DNA of 52,031 bases from Acinetobacter phage AM106. This document shows, piece by piece, positions 18,398 to 27,896 of the stretch (its first letter is position 1; every line of letters begins with the position of its first letter). The position numbers were made by a program, and so were the translations under genes. The notes below the pieces were generated by a model. The model saw only the letters and a list, made by a program, of their open reading frames with translations, made no database searches and was not told the origin of the DNA. The stretch lies in sequence record MH115576.1. One strand, written 5' to 3'.

Positions 18398-18802
18398 ATG
18401 GTTAATACCGAATATGTTCCAGAGTGGTACATCACACCTTTTCAGCATGTGCAATACACGCTTGCTAGAAATCAGCTTCACATGGATTTGTTATTTGAAG
18501 ATATGGATGAAGCTGATCAATTTTTGGATATGGGAGCGGATGCACAGGTTAGTACTTTTTCTGATGGTGCATATGCAATCGTCCAAATTGGTGATACGGC
18601 GGATAAAGACAAAATTCAAGTATATGGATTGCTTTTACATGAAGCGGTTCACGTTTGGCAAATAGTAAAGAAGCGAATGGGTGAAAGTGAACCAAGTGTT
18701 GAGTTTGAAGCATATTCAATTCAAGCGATCGCTCAAGACCTATTTGAAATGTACGAAGCAAGCGAGGTGAGCAATGGGATGGAAGGGGAAAAAGCCGACT
18801 AG
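18398..18802 (+). CDS. Hypothetical virion assembly protein
   Basis: ATG 18398 with RBS AGGGG (ORF track 18299). Confidence 0.3.
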   Translation: MVNTEYVPEWYITPFQHVQYTLARNQLHMDLLFEDMDEADQFLDMGADAQVSTFSDGAYAIVQIGDTADKDKIQVYGLLLHEAVHVWQIVKKRMGESEPSVEFEAYSIQAIAQDLFEMYEASEVSNGMEGEKAD

Positions 18803-19142
18803 CTTTAGTGTTGATGTGGTGAAAAATGCTGAAGAACAAGTAAAGAAAATCACGATGGATACCGTGCAATCACTTGTAGTTTCGAGTCCAGTTGATACAG
18901 GTGCTTACAGAGCTTCTCATATCGTATCTATTGGAACTGCTGATTATGGTGTTCGTGAACCATCAACTAATCCAGTTCAAGATGCAGCAGTTCAAGCAGT
19001 CAAGTTTAAGCTTGGAAATCTGATCTTTATTCAAAACAACAAAGCCTATGGTCCGCGATTAGAAAACGGTTGGTCTGATCAAGCACCTCTTGGTATTTAC
19101 AGCACTACTTTCACTTACATTACTCAAAAATATGGTGGCTAA
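18774..19142 (+). CDS. HK97 gp10-like tail/head-tail component
   Basis: 'SSPVDTGAYRASHIVSIG' resembles the gp10-family DTGNLRRS motif. Confidence 0.45.
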   Translation: MGWKGKKPTSFSVDVVKNAEEQVKKITMDTVQSLVVSSPVDTGAYRASHIVSIGTADYGVREPSTNPVQDAAVQAVKFKLGNLIFIQNNKAYGPRLENGWSDQAPLGIYSTTFTYITQKYGG

Positions 19143-19143
19143 G

Positions 19144-19542
19144 ATGCCAATGACATTAGAGCAAGCTAGACAAGCAATAGTCGACCGTATGATGGCCTTT
19201 ACAGGAATTTCTCAAGAAAGAATCCATTATCCAAATGCACCAGGCTTCTTAGCACCAGCAAAGGGCTTATGGTGCCGCTTAACCATTAAATGGGGTCCAA
19301 GTTTCATTGCTGGGTTAGCCGATACACCCTGTACTCGACGTACTGGGAATATCTTGATTCAATGCTTTGCAAGACCAGACACGGGAGACCAGGCAATAAC
19401 CATTCTAAGTGTTGCATTACTTTCACATTTTGAATATTTCAGGATTGGGCATTTAGAATGCTTTCAAGGTCAAACGATAGATGCGGGTAAAGATGCTGAC
19501 TTTCTGCAGTACAATGTGACGATTGGATTTACGGTGAATTGA
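19144..19542 (+). CDS. Putative tail terminator/completion protein
   Basis: ATG 19144 two nt after upstream stop; position before the major tail protein. Confidence 0.3.
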   Translation: MPMTLEQARQAIVDRMMAFTGISQERIHYPNAPGFLAPAKGLWCRLTIKWGPSFIAGLADTPCTRRTGNILIQCFARPDTGDQAITILSVALLSHFEYFRIGHLECFQGQTIDAGKDADFLQYNVTIGFTVN

Positions 19543-19543
19543 T

Positions 19544-19756
19544 ATGTCTTACATGCTGACGCTAGAAGAAATTGAAATTAAAAAACAAGAGCTTGAACGA
19601 CACTTGGCAGATGTAATGGCTAAGGAGCTAAGTAAATGGCAGTTGTCTAATAAATTATGTATTTCTGATGTAAAAATTCGCCTCGCTAATGTTAATAGCA
19701 TAAATGGACCAAATTTAAATATTGTTACTGGAGTAAGTGTTGATTTGGATGATTGA
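19544..19756 (+). CDS. Hypothetical protein
   Basis: 70 aa coupled ORF. Confidence 0.25.
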   Translation: MSYMLTLEEIEIKKQELERHLADVMAKELSKWQLSNKLCISDVKIRLANVNSINGPNLNIVTGVSVDLDD

Positions 19757-19775
19757 TATTAAGTTTTAAAGAAGT

Positions 19776-19800
19776 TACCGCCTGAGGGCGGTTTTTTTAC
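19776..19800 (+). terminator. Rho-independent terminator (ACCGCC..GGCGGT + T7)
   Basis: Read directly. Confidence 0.6.
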
Positions 19801-19814
19801 GTCCCTAATTTTAT

Positions 19815-19840
19815 AGCCACCTTCGGGTGGCTTTTTTTAT
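19815..19840 (+). terminator. Second tandem terminator (AGCCACC..GGTGGCT + T8)
   Basis: Read directly. Confidence 0.6.
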
Positions 19841-19863
19841 GCCTAACGTCGGAGTATATAGAT

Positions 19864-20793
19864 ATGTCGAGTGGTGCACGTCAGATAACACAAATCGCGA
19901 AGGAAACCACTGTTGGTACCACACCTTCACCCTTCGCACGTACGACCTTTGAATTTACTGAAAATGGCCTTGATGCGACAGTAACAAAGGAAGACTCTAA
20001 CTCAATCACAAGTGGCCGTATTGCACGTTCATCAATGATTACCGGTGCAGAGTATGCCGGTGAATTAAAATGTGAAGCGAAGTACAGTTCATTAGTTCAA
20101 GACTTAATGGCTGCAGCTGCTTTTAATAACTGGTCGTCAAATGTATTAACTTTTGGTGGCACACTTCGTCAAACATTTTCTGTTTTACGTGGCTTTGAAG
20201 ATGTTAATGACTACCATGTTTTCCGTGGATGTCATGTAAACACTTTTGGAATTGATATTCCTGAAGCTGGCTTAATTACAATGACTTTCGGCCTTATGGC
20301 TCTTGGTCGTACAAACTTTTCTTCAGCACCGGCTGGAACAATTACAGCGGCAGATAACAATCCTAAAATGTCGAATGTCTCTGTAGGTGACATTTTAATT
20401 GACGGCGTTTCTCAAGCTGGGATTTCATGCTTGACCGCTTTTACATTTAATTGGGATAACACTATGCAGCTACAACGCTGTTTAGGTGGTGGTATTGATG
20501 CACGTGCAATCCTAGAAATGCTTGCAACAGGTACAGGTTCATTTACCGCAGCTTGGTCACGCAATACATCCTATATGTATGAAAAGCAATTCACTAACAA
20601 AACGATTTCATTAAAAGTTCCAATCACTGATACAGATGGGAATAAATATGAAATTTTTATTCCTAAAGCTGAAATTACTGCCCCATTACCTAGTGGTGGT
20701 AATTCAGATCTTTTAAATGCTTCATTCGAATATAAAGTCGTTGAAGTAGCCCCAACCATCACTCGTACACCAGCAGCAGTTCCTGCGCCTTAA
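19864..20793 (+). CDS. Major tail (tube) protein
   Basis: 309 aa, position before chaperone and tape measure; flanked by terminators. Confidence 0.55.
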   Translation: MSSGARQITQIAKETTVGTTPSPFARTTFEFTENGLDATVTKEDSNSITSGRIARSSMITGAEYAGELKCEAKYSSLVQDLMAAAAFNNWSSNVLTFGGTLRQTFSVLRGFEDVNDYHVFRGCHVNTFGIDIPEAGLITMTFGLMALGRTNFSSAPAGTITAADNNPKMSNVSVGDILIDGVSQAGISCLTAFTFNWDNTMQLQRCLGGGIDARAILEMLATGTGSFTAAWSRNTSYMYEKQFTNKTISLKVPITDTDGNKYEIFIPKAEITAPLPSGGNSDLLNASFEYKVVEVAPTITRTPAAVPAP

Positions 20794-20803
20794 TCAATCT
20801 GAT

Positions 20804-20827
20804 AGCAGCCTTAGGGCTGCTTTTTTG
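20804..20827 (+). terminator. Rho-independent terminator
   Basis: GCAGCC..GGCTGC + T6. Confidence 0.6.
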
Positions 20828-20836
20828 GAGTTTAAA

Positions 20837-21370
20837 ATGGCTTTAAAAGTAAGCATTCAGACTAGTAAAACAGTTAGTAAATGGCGTAAGTATATTGATG
20901 GTGAAGGGAATGTATTAGCTGAATTTAAAGTACGTGGTATCTCATATAAACCATATCAAGTGGCCCTTGAGCGTGCAAATAATCAGATTGCATCAAAAGG
21001 TTATGATGTAACTAAAGCTAGTAAAGACGACAAGCTATATCATGAATTGCTTCTTGAAGCTGCGGCCTGCCATTTAATTGAGGACTGGAAAGGCGTAGTT
21101 TTTGAAGAAGTAACCGAAAATCAAGAACTGATTGTGTCTGAACCAGAATATTCGCAGGAAAATGCAATTAAGTTGTTGAATCTAGGCGATCTTGGTGTGG
21201 CAATTTGGTTGTTTGTGAGACAAGAGGCGGAAAATATCCAAAAAGAAGCTGATGCATATAAGGATGAAGTAGTGGGAAAGTCATTAACCTCTACAACTGG
21301 ACCAAGTTCAACTCAGAAGAAGAAGCGAGCGACTACAACAAGAAACAAACAGCAATTGCAAAAGCCTTAA
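20837..21370 (+). CDS. Tail assembly chaperone (lambda gpG-like)
   Basis: ATG 20837; position; contains the GGGAAAG slip site near its 3' end. Confidence 0.55.
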   Translation: MALKVSIQTSKTVSKWRKYIDGEGNVLAEFKVRGISYKPYQVALERANNQIASKGYDVTKASKDDKLYHELLLEAAACHLIEDWKGVVFEEVTENQELIVSEPEYSQENAIKLLNLGDLGVAIWLFVRQEAENIQKEADAYKDEVVGKSLTSTTGPSSTQKKKRATTTRNKQQLQKP

Positions 21371-21633
21371 ATTTAAAAATAGCTGAAACCATTCAAAAGC
21401 CTGAATACTCATTTACAGCCAATGCCATTCTTTCAGCATATAACGTAATTTCCCGTTCAAGGCGTTATGAGCAAGGCATTCCCTTGGCTTTGGATATTGC
21501 AGCTATATCTGCCTATTGTGATCATTATGAGATCCCAGTCGAAAGAGATATTTTTAACGACTGTATCTTTGCAATGGATAATATTTTTCTGGATGATTCT
21601 CACAAAAAAATGAAGCGTCCAACAAAAAAATAA
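21274..21633 (+). CDS. -1 frameshift extension (gpGT-like): slip at G GGA AAG (21274-21280), then about 117 codons open in the -1 frame to TAA at 21631-21633
   Basis: Heptamer identical to lambda G/GT slippery sequence; -1 frame opens at 21268 and has no stop for 360 nt while the 0 frame stops at 21370. Confidence 0.5.
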   Translation, partial: GKVINLYNWTKFNSEEEASDYNKKQTAIAKALNLKIAETIQKPEYSFTANAILSAYNVISRSRRYEQGIPLALDIAAISAYCDHYEIPVERDIFNDCIFAMDNIFLDDSHKKMKRPTKK

Positions 21634-21673
21634 CCCTAGAGGTATTTACTAAAAATAACTCTAGGGTTATAAT
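21632..21673 (+). promoter_or_regulatory. hicAB promoter/operator: -35 TTTACT (21645-50), 17-nt spacer, -10 TATAAT (21668-73), embedded in a perfect 10-bp inverted repeat AACCCTAGAG / CTCTAGGGTT (21632-41 / 21659-68)
   Basis: Read directly. Confidence 0.5.
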
Positions 21674-21701
21674 TGACTCATCAAGTTAACAAGGGGACGG
21701 T

Positions 21702-21884
21702 GTGAAAAGTCTGGATTTAGTCAAAATGATTGAAGCAGACGGTTGGTACTTAGTTAGGGTTAAAGGAAGTCATCATCACTTCAAACATCCAACTAAAGGG
21801 GGCTTAGTTACTATCCCTCACCCAAAAAAGGAATTACCAAGCGGAACTGTTAAAAGCATTTTGAAGCAAGCGGGTCTAAATTGA
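21702..21884 (+). CDS. hicA: HicA toxin (mRNA interferase)
   Basis: 'LVRVKGSHHHFKHPTKGGLVTIPHPKKELPSGTVKSILKQAGL' is the HicA signature; GTG start with RBS AAGGGGA. Confidence 0.8.
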   Translation: MKSLDLVKMIEADGWYLVRVKGSHHHFKHPTKGGLVTIPHPKKELPSGTVKSILKQAGLN

Positions 21885-21948
21885 CCCGCTTCAATCAGAC
21901 TCATATAGTCCTATTTCACAGTACGATTTTGTACAAGAGGTGAGTGCA

Positions 21949-22353
21949 ATGTTGTATCCAATTGCTATAGAAAGAGGTAACGACACCGAGGCTTATGGTG
22001 TTACTGTTCCAGATATTCCAGGTTGTTTTAGTGCTGGCGACACTTTAGATGAAGCTATCGAGAACGTAAAAGAGGCTATTTCTGGCCATCTAGAAATCCT
22101 TGCTGAAGATGGCGAGGAGATTCCATTAGCATCTGATGTAAGTAAGTTTATAGATGATGCTGACTATAAAGGAATGATCTGGGCAGTTACAGAAGTTGAT
22201 GTTAGTCGTTACTTAGGTAAGCCAGAAAAAATCAATGTCACTTTACCAAGTCGTTTAATTCATATAATTGATGAAAATGTAGGTAAAGGAAAAAGATTTA
22301 AAACCCGATCTGCATTTTTGGCCGCTGGTGCTGAAAAGCTACTACATGCTTAA
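21949..22353 (+). CDS. hicB: HicB antitoxin with C-terminal RHH DNA-binding domain
   Basis: 'MLYPIAIERGNDTEAYGVTVPDIPGCFSAGDTLDEAIENVKEAI' HicB/UPF0150 fold; C-terminal 'INVTLPSRLIHIIDE..' RHH. Confidence 0.75.
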   Translation: MLYPIAIERGNDTEAYGVTVPDIPGCFSAGDTLDEAIENVKEAISGHLEILAEDGEEIPLASDVSKFIDDADYKGMIWAVTEVDVSRYLGKPEKINVTLPSRLIHIIDENVGKGKRFKTRSAFLAAGAEKLLHA

Positions 22354-22361
22354 AATAGAGA

Positions 22362-22388
22362 GGCCACTCAATCGAGTGGCTTTTTTAT
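22362..22388 (+). terminator. Rho-independent terminator after hicB
   Basis: GCCACTC..GAGTGGC + T7. Confidence 0.6.
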
Positions 22389-22448
22389 TTCCCACCTGTT
22401 AAATTTAACTTATTAAAAACGATGGACTTTACAAGAAACGGTGAAATT

Positions 22449-22967
22449 ATGCAGAAGTTCTTAGCAGTAGGGGTATTTAGTTTAGGATTAGCAGGGTGTA
22501 TGACACCAATAACTCCTACACAGCAGGCTATGCCAGAGATATCACAAGTAATAGAAGTGCCAAATAAATCGAAAGATCAGATATTTGAAGATTCAAAGAT
22601 ATGGATCGCTCAATCATTCAAATCTGCAAATAATGTCATTCAGTATGCTGACAAAAGCACAGGTTCTATTATTGGGAAAGGGAATATACAGTACCCTTGT
22701 GATGGATTTATAGATTGTGGTGCTTTTGGAAATGATAGAGTTAATTTTACAATCAAAATTGATACTAAAGATAGTAAAGCAAGAGTAACGATTAATGATG
22801 TAACTAGAACAAATCTGACGTATGTTCAAGGTGGTGTGAACAACCTAGGGAAAGAAGTCCCTATCACAATTCTGCAGCATCAACAAAAAATTGCTGTAAA
22901 ACTTAATAATGTAATTGACCAATACAAGTCAGCAATTACATCGACTAAGGCTAATGAAAACTGGTAG
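22449..22967 (+). CDS. Lipoprotein of unknown function (lipobox LAGC), moron in tail module
   Basis: 'MQKFLAVGVFSLGLAGC' signal peptide; 172 aa. Confidence 0.5.
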   Translation: MQKFLAVGVFSLGLAGCMTPITPTQQAMPEISQVIEVPNKSKDQIFEDSKIWIAQSFKSANNVIQYADKSTGSIIGKGNIQYPCDGFIDCGAFGNDRVNFTIKIDTKDSKARVTINDVTRTNLTYVQGGVNNLGKEVPITILQHQQKIAVKLNNVIDQYKSAITSTKANENW

Positions 22968-23016
22968 CCAATAGTCAACAAAATTTGAACGCATCGTAAG
23001 TATTACTTAATTAAAA

Positions 23017-23043
23017 AACCCACTCACTGAGTGGGTTTTTTAT
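23017..23043 (+). terminator. Rho-independent terminator
   Basis: ACCCACTCA..TGAGTGGGT + T7. Confidence 0.6.
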
Positions 23044-23063
23044 TGCCTGGAGAAAAGTTAAAG

Positions 23064-26000
23064 ATGACTCAAGAATCACGTCTAGTCATTACTATTGATT
23101 CGAAAAATGCGGAACGAAACGCAAGAAATCTAGGCAATGAACTCGACAGCATAGAAAAGAAAGGGGACTTTGCATCAAAGTCCATGGATAGTTTGTCTGT
23201 AGCAACAAGAGCACTTGCTGGACACATGGCAGGTCTTGTTACAGTTGGCGCGGCTATATCCAAAATGGATGAGTATACAGGCTTACAGAACAGACTTAAG
23301 TTAGTAACCAAGAATCAAGTTGAGCTAAATAAAGCAACTGAAGATACATTTAGAATTGCTCAAAAAACTTATGCGACATGGAATTCGGTTTTGCAGGTCT
23401 ACCAGCGTTTTAGTGACAATGCGAAAACACTAAACATAAACATGGACGAAACGGCCCGCTTAACTGAAACAGTATCGAAAGCTGTTGCAATTAGTGGAGC
23501 AAGTGCTCAAGCAGCTGATGCAGCACTAGTACAATTTGGGCAGGCATTGGCTAGTGGAACACTTAGAGGTGAAGAGCTTAACTCTGTGATGGAGCAAACC
23601 CCTGCTTTAGCAAAAGCGATCGCACAAGGGATGGGTATTACTGTAGGGCAACTACGTTCAGTTGCTGCTGAAGGGAAGATTACATCAAAAGAAATTGTTA
23701 AGGCCCTTAAAAATGTTCAAGATGACGTTGATGCTCTTTTTGCAAAAACAGATATCACTATCGGTCAATCACTCACTCTTTTAAACAACGAGATCACAAA
23801 ATTTGTCGGCGAGTCAGGTAAGGGAAGCGGTGCGGCTCATGTGCTTGCTGATTCGATTCAGCTTCTTGCATCAAATTTAAAGTTGATTTCTGATGGAGCA
23901 CTGGTGTTAGGGATTGGACTTGTAACTAAGGCAATCGCTACTAAAACCGTTGCGGTATATGCCGATGTTGCAGCAACTGCCGCAAATGTAAAAGCAAGCA
24001 AAGAAAAGGTTATTGCAGACGCAGCTGAAGCAGCCGCTGCTGTAAAAACAGCACAGGCGCAAATAGCAAATTCACAAGCAACATTGCAAGTTCTAGCCGC
24101 TGAAAAAGCATTAGAAGTTGAACGACTAAAAGCCCAAATGAATGCGGTCGGTCGCACACAATCAATTACGCGTATGGCCGAATTAAAGAAAATTGAGGCT
24201 CAGGTAACGCGAGAATTAGCTGCTGCTGAAACAGCATTAGCAGCTGCTCAAACTAAGGCCAATGCCACAAAAGTGACAGCCTTAACAACATTAGGACGAC
24301 TTGGAAAAGGAGCTTTAGGACTTGTTGGTGGACCAATTGGTGCACTCGCTTTGGGCGTTTCAGCCTTGGCCGCAACATACACTTATTTTAAAGACAAGGC
24401 AGAGGAGGCAAATAGGAAGCTCGAGGAGCAAGCTGCGGTGGCTAATCGATCAGCCACGGAGTTGAAAAATTTGCAAGGTCAAGCCAAAACAGACGCAATT
24501 AAAGACTTAACAACCGCATTCAAGGCTCAAAATGATGAGCTTACAAAGATGGAATATCGGGTAGGTTCTGCGTTAATCGACATTCAGAATTATGCACAAG
24601 GAAATGCTGAAGTAGCTCGGATTTCAAATGAAGCACGTTTAGGAACCATTAGTTATCAAGAAGCTTTGAAACAACTAGCGAAAGTGAAATTACCACCTAG
24701 CTTAAGACAGGCACTTGAAGAACAAATTGAAAAATATAAGGATGCATACGATAAAGCCGATAAGACCAAAACAGCAATTAAATTGTTTGGTATTGAAGTA
24801 ACCATATCTGGTAATAAGGCTCAGAATGCAGCTATTGAACAGCAAAAACATGCTGATGCAATTAAAAATACAAAACAAGCAGCAGATGAGGCGCAAAAGT
24901 CACTGAAAGAAATGTATGATCAAAAAAACTTAGATACTGATTTTTTAACGATCAACATTAAAAGTCATGGACTGGAAATGGGTAAGGCGTTATCAGATTT
25001 TTACGATAACAACAAAATCCCTAAAACTCGCAGTTTAACTAAAGATGAATGGGCAATATTCCAAAAAAACTTTGATAAGGTGCAAGAGCTTAAAAAGCTT
25101 GAGGAGGATATTACCGCTTCTAAGAGACAGCAAACCAAGGAACTTGAGAAACAGCAAAAAGTTTTAGCTGTTAACTCCCAAGTTAAATCTAACGCCTCAA
25201 AGTATAATTTTTCCGATCTTGAATCTAAATATGACTTATTGCCTGGCCTGCTATCAGCAATCAACATGCAAGAAAGCAGGGGTGATGCAAACGTTATTGG
25301 TCCGAATACAAAATACGGGAAAGCCAAAGGTGGGTTCCAGATGTTGGATGGTACCGCTAAGCGGTGGGGATTAGTTGGTAAAGAAGTTTTTGATACTGGT
25401 AAAGCTGCAGAAGCAGCTGCGAAATATCTTAACTTTTTATTTAAAAAGTTCGGCAATTGGGATCAAGCAATTTCTGCCTATCATGCTGGTGAAGGTAACG
25501 TAGAAAAAGGTACTAATATTGGTCCTGTAAATAGACAGTACGTTAAAAACGTTAAAGGATATATTGCTGGATCAAATGGTTTTGATATGAAAGGAGTCTC
25601 TGAAAAAGATTTCGATTCCTACCTTAATCAATTTCTTAAAACGCAAGAGGAAACTGAAAAGCTACGTGATCAGTATCGAGATAAAGATACGCTTGCAGAG
25701 AAAGAATATTTAAAAAGAATTGGTGAGTTAAAGTTACATTTTAAAGATGCAGAGTTAAAGCAACTCACGGATAAAGAAACAGCACGTTACAATGCTCAAA
25801 AGGAGTTAAACGCTGAACAACTTGAATTTGAATTAAATGAGTTCCGTTTAAATGAAGTTCAAAAGCTGGAAAAACAAAAGCAGATTAAATTACTTCAAAT
25901 CAAAGCATCAACTGATTACTCTGAAACTGAAAAAGAAATTCGAATCAAAGCTGTTAATACAATGTTTGATTATGAAATTTCTGAGTACAGAAAACTCCAA

Positions 26001-27032
26001 AAGCAAAAATTGGAGGAGTATCGAAAAACAATGTATGAGCAAGCCTCAATACCACAATCAGATGTTATTAATTTACTAGCTAAAAAGAACCTAACTTCTT
26101 CGCAATATGATTCATGGAATCTACAGAATCAATATAGTGATGAAATGCAGAATGCTAATGATACATATTCCTCAAATGTTAAAGCAGTTTCAGAAGATAA
26201 AACAATTGTTGATGAAGAAAAGCGATTCCAAGCTTTATTAGAGGCTGAAGAACTTTTCCGTCAGCAAAAGTTTGCTATTAATGAAAAATACACTTTGATG
26301 GAACAAGAGCTTCAGAAGTCATCTCGGCAGACAGAAATAGAAATTTATGGGCAATTATTATCCCAAGCGTCAAGCGTATGGGGAAATATGACAGCAATGG
26401 TAAAAGAGTCTGCTGGTGAACAATCCGCTGCTTATAAGGCAATGTTTTTGGTACAGCAAGCCATGGCAATGGGGACTGCAACGATTCAAGCATATCAAGC
26501 CTACAGTAATGTATTAGCTAATGCGCCTTATCCATTAAATATGACTATGGCTCCTATTGCTCTTGGGCTTGGTATGGCTAATGTCGGCTTAATTGCAGCC
26601 CAAACAATTGCTGGCTTCTCTGATGGCGGTTATACCGGTAATGGTCTTAAACACACTCCTGCAGGGATTGTGCATAAAGGTGAGGTTGTTTGGTCGCAAG
26701 AAGATATTAAACGCTGGGGTGGTGTTAGCGTTGTTGAAAGTATGCGTCAAAGCAATCCAAGTGGTTATGCGAACGGAGGTTACGTTTCTAATAATCAGTC
26801 TGATGCTATTGCAATACGTAGAGAGTCTAGACAGTTTGAGGCAATCAACTCTAATCAATCTCAATTGAATACGAACGAAAAGCCAATAAATGTGTATGTC
26901 ACTGTTAATGCCGATGGCACAAGTAAAACAGAGACAGAAAACGACTCAAAACAATTGGGCCAAATGATTGGTAATGCAGTAAGAACTATTATTCGCCAGG
27001 AACAAAGACAAGGTGGTTTGTTATCTAAGTAA
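23064..27032 (+). CDS. Tail tape measure protein with internal SLT lytic transglycosylase domain
   Basis: 1322 aa, Ala-rich helical N-terminal two-thirds; 'NMQESRGDANV...GGFQM...ISAYHAGEGNV' SLT motifs at about 25230-25560; ATG 23064 with RBS GGAGAAAAG. Confidence 0.85.
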   Translation: MTQESRLVITIDSKNAERNARNLGNELDSIEKKGDFASKSMDSLSVATRALAGHMAGLVTVGAAISKMDEYTGLQNRLKLVTKNQVELNKATEDTFRIAQKTYATWNSVLQVYQRFSDNAKTLNINMDETARLTETVSKAVAISGASAQAADAALVQFGQALASGTLRGEELNSVMEQTPALAKAIAQGMGITVGQLRSVAAEGKITSKEIVKALKNVQDDVDALFAKTDITIGQSLTLLNNEITKFVGESGKGSGAAHVLADSIQLLASNLKLISDGALVLGIGLVTKAIATKTVAVYADVAATAANVKASKEKVIADAAEAAAAVKTAQAQIANSQATLQVLAAEKALEVERLKAQMNAVGRTQSITRMAELKKIEAQVTRELAAAETALAAAQTKANATKVTALTTLGRLGKGALGLVGGPIGALALGVSALAATYTYFKDKAEEANRKLEEQAAVANRSATELKNLQGQAKTDAIKDLTTAFKAQNDELTKMEYRVGSALIDIQNYAQGNAEVARISNEARLGTISYQEALKQLAKVKLPPSLRQALEEQIEKYKDAYDKADKTKTAIKLFGIEVTISGNKAQNAAIEQQKHADAIKNTKQAADEAQKSLKEMYDQKNLDTDFLTINIKSHGLEMGKALSDFYDNNKIPKTRSLTKDEWAIFQKNFDKVQELKKLEEDITASKRQQTKELEKQQKVLAVNSQVKSNASKYNFSDLESKYDLLPGLLSAINMQESRGDANVIGPNTKYGKAKGGFQMLDGTAKRWGLVGKEVFDTGKAAEAAAKYLNFLFKKFGNWDQAISAYHAGEGNVEKGTNIGPVNRQYVKNVKGYIAGSNGFDMKGVSEKDFDSYLNQFLKTQEETEKLRDQYRDKDTLAEKEYLKRIGELKLHFKDAELKQLTDKETARYNAQKELNAEQLEFELNEFRLNEVQKLEKQKQIKLLQIKASTDYSETEKEIRIKAVNTMFDYEISEYRKLQKQKLEEYRKTMYEQASIPQSDVINLLAKKNLTSSQYDSWNLQNQYSDEMQNANDTYSSNVKAVSEDKTIVDEEKRFQALLEAEELFRQQKFAINEKYTLMEQELQKSSRQTEIEIYGQLLSQASSVWGNMTAMVKESAGEQSAAYKAMFLVQQAMAMGTATIQAYQAYSNVLANAPYPLNMTMAPIALGLGMANVGLIAAQTIAGFSDGGYTGNGLKHTPAGIVHKGEVVWSQEDIKRWGGVSVVESMRQSNPSGYANGGYVSNNQSDAIAIRRESRQFEAINSNQSQLNTNEKPINVYVTVNADGTSKTETENDSKQLGQMIGNAVRTIIRQEQRQGGLLSK

Positions 27033-27111
27033 CGCCTGAACTGTTTCCACTTTTCCGTTAATTGGGGTATAGTTTAATTAATATGGTCATACTTTAGTTA
27101 TGGTCCTTAAA

Positions 27112-27137
27112 AGCTCGCTTAATGCGGGCTTTTTTTG
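27112..27137 (+). terminator. Rho-independent terminator
   Basis: Imperfect 7-bp stem + T8. Confidence 0.45.
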
Positions 27138-27149
27138 TGAGAAATAATC

Positions 27150-27491
27150 ATGAGTGACTTAAAATTTACCTTTGAGTGTGATCTTGAAGGTAATAATCAA
27201 ACCCAACGTTTTAATACGTTATCAACAAAATTTGGTGACGGATATGAACAAAATACTTCAATTGGTATAAACAATCGATCTGGTGAATGGACCTATCAGC
27301 GCACAGCTAAGAAAGCTGAAATTTTGGAAATTAAAGCATTCTTTGATAAGCACAAGGGTGCTAATTCTTTTCTATGGGATTCGCCGTTAGATGGTGAAGT
27401 GCGCGTTAAAGCAGGGGATTATCAACCAGTTTGCTTGGGTGGAGATACGTGGCGCATTACAACCACATTTACTCAAGTTTTCTATCCATAA
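27150..27491 (+). CDS. Minor tail protein, lambda gpM-like
   Basis: 113 aa; 'FGDGYEQ' and 'SFLWDSP' match gpM landmarks (FGDGYSQ / SFLWTPP). Confidence 0.6.
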   Translation: MSDLKFTFECDLEGNNQTQRFNTLSTKFGDGYEQNTSIGINNRSGEWTYQRTAKKAEILEIKAFFDKHKGANSFLWDSPLDGEVRVKAGDYQPVCLGGDTWRITTTFTQVFYP

Positions 27492-27502
27492 TTTTTTCTC
27501 AA

Positions 27503-27525
27503 CGGCTCCTTAAGGAGCTTTTTTA
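27503..27525 (+). terminator. Rho-independent terminator
   Basis: GGCTCCTT-AAGGAGC + T6. Confidence 0.55.
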
Positions 27526-27545
27526 TTGCTTATTGGAGCAGAAAC

Positions 27546-27896
27546 ATGGCTATTAAAACTTTAGATCTTGCTGAAGCATATATTGTCGGTGAATTACGCA
27601 CTCAATTATTAGATGCACGTAGTTTCGGGAATAATTTGCCTGCTGGCAGAATTGAAACTTTAGCGATTAATTATGATCGACCTTCTGATTCAGTGAATAT
27701 TGCTGTTACACCAGGTGGTGGTTTAAACGGAAGTATGACTTTACTTGATGCTGACATCACAAAGTGGGCAATTCAAACGATCTTAAACACAGCTTATCTC
27801 TATCAGGTAGATGTAAACACTTTAAGCCTTAAATATGACTTGGCTGCTAAAAAAATTACTATTGAATATACTCCAGTTGTTTCAGGTCAAGCTTAA
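27546..27896 (+). CDS. Hypothetical tail protein
   Basis: 116 aa between M-like and L-like genes. Confidence 0.3.
   Translation: MAIKTLDLAEAYIVGELRTQLLDARSFGNNLPAGRIETLAINYDRPSDSVNIAVTPGGGLNGSMTLLDADITKWAIQTILNTAYLYQVDVNTLSLKYDLAAKKITIEYTPVVSGQA

Noticed and set aside
18398-18802. HExxH-like 'HEAVH' in a head-tail module protein
   Set aside because: The single five-residue motif has no flanking metallopeptidase features (no third ligand or Met-turn context), and the gene sits among connector genes. Most likely coincidental.
23031-23063. GTG start of TMP ORF at 23031
   Set aside because: It lies inside the upstream terminator hairpin. ATG 23064 has a strong RBS.
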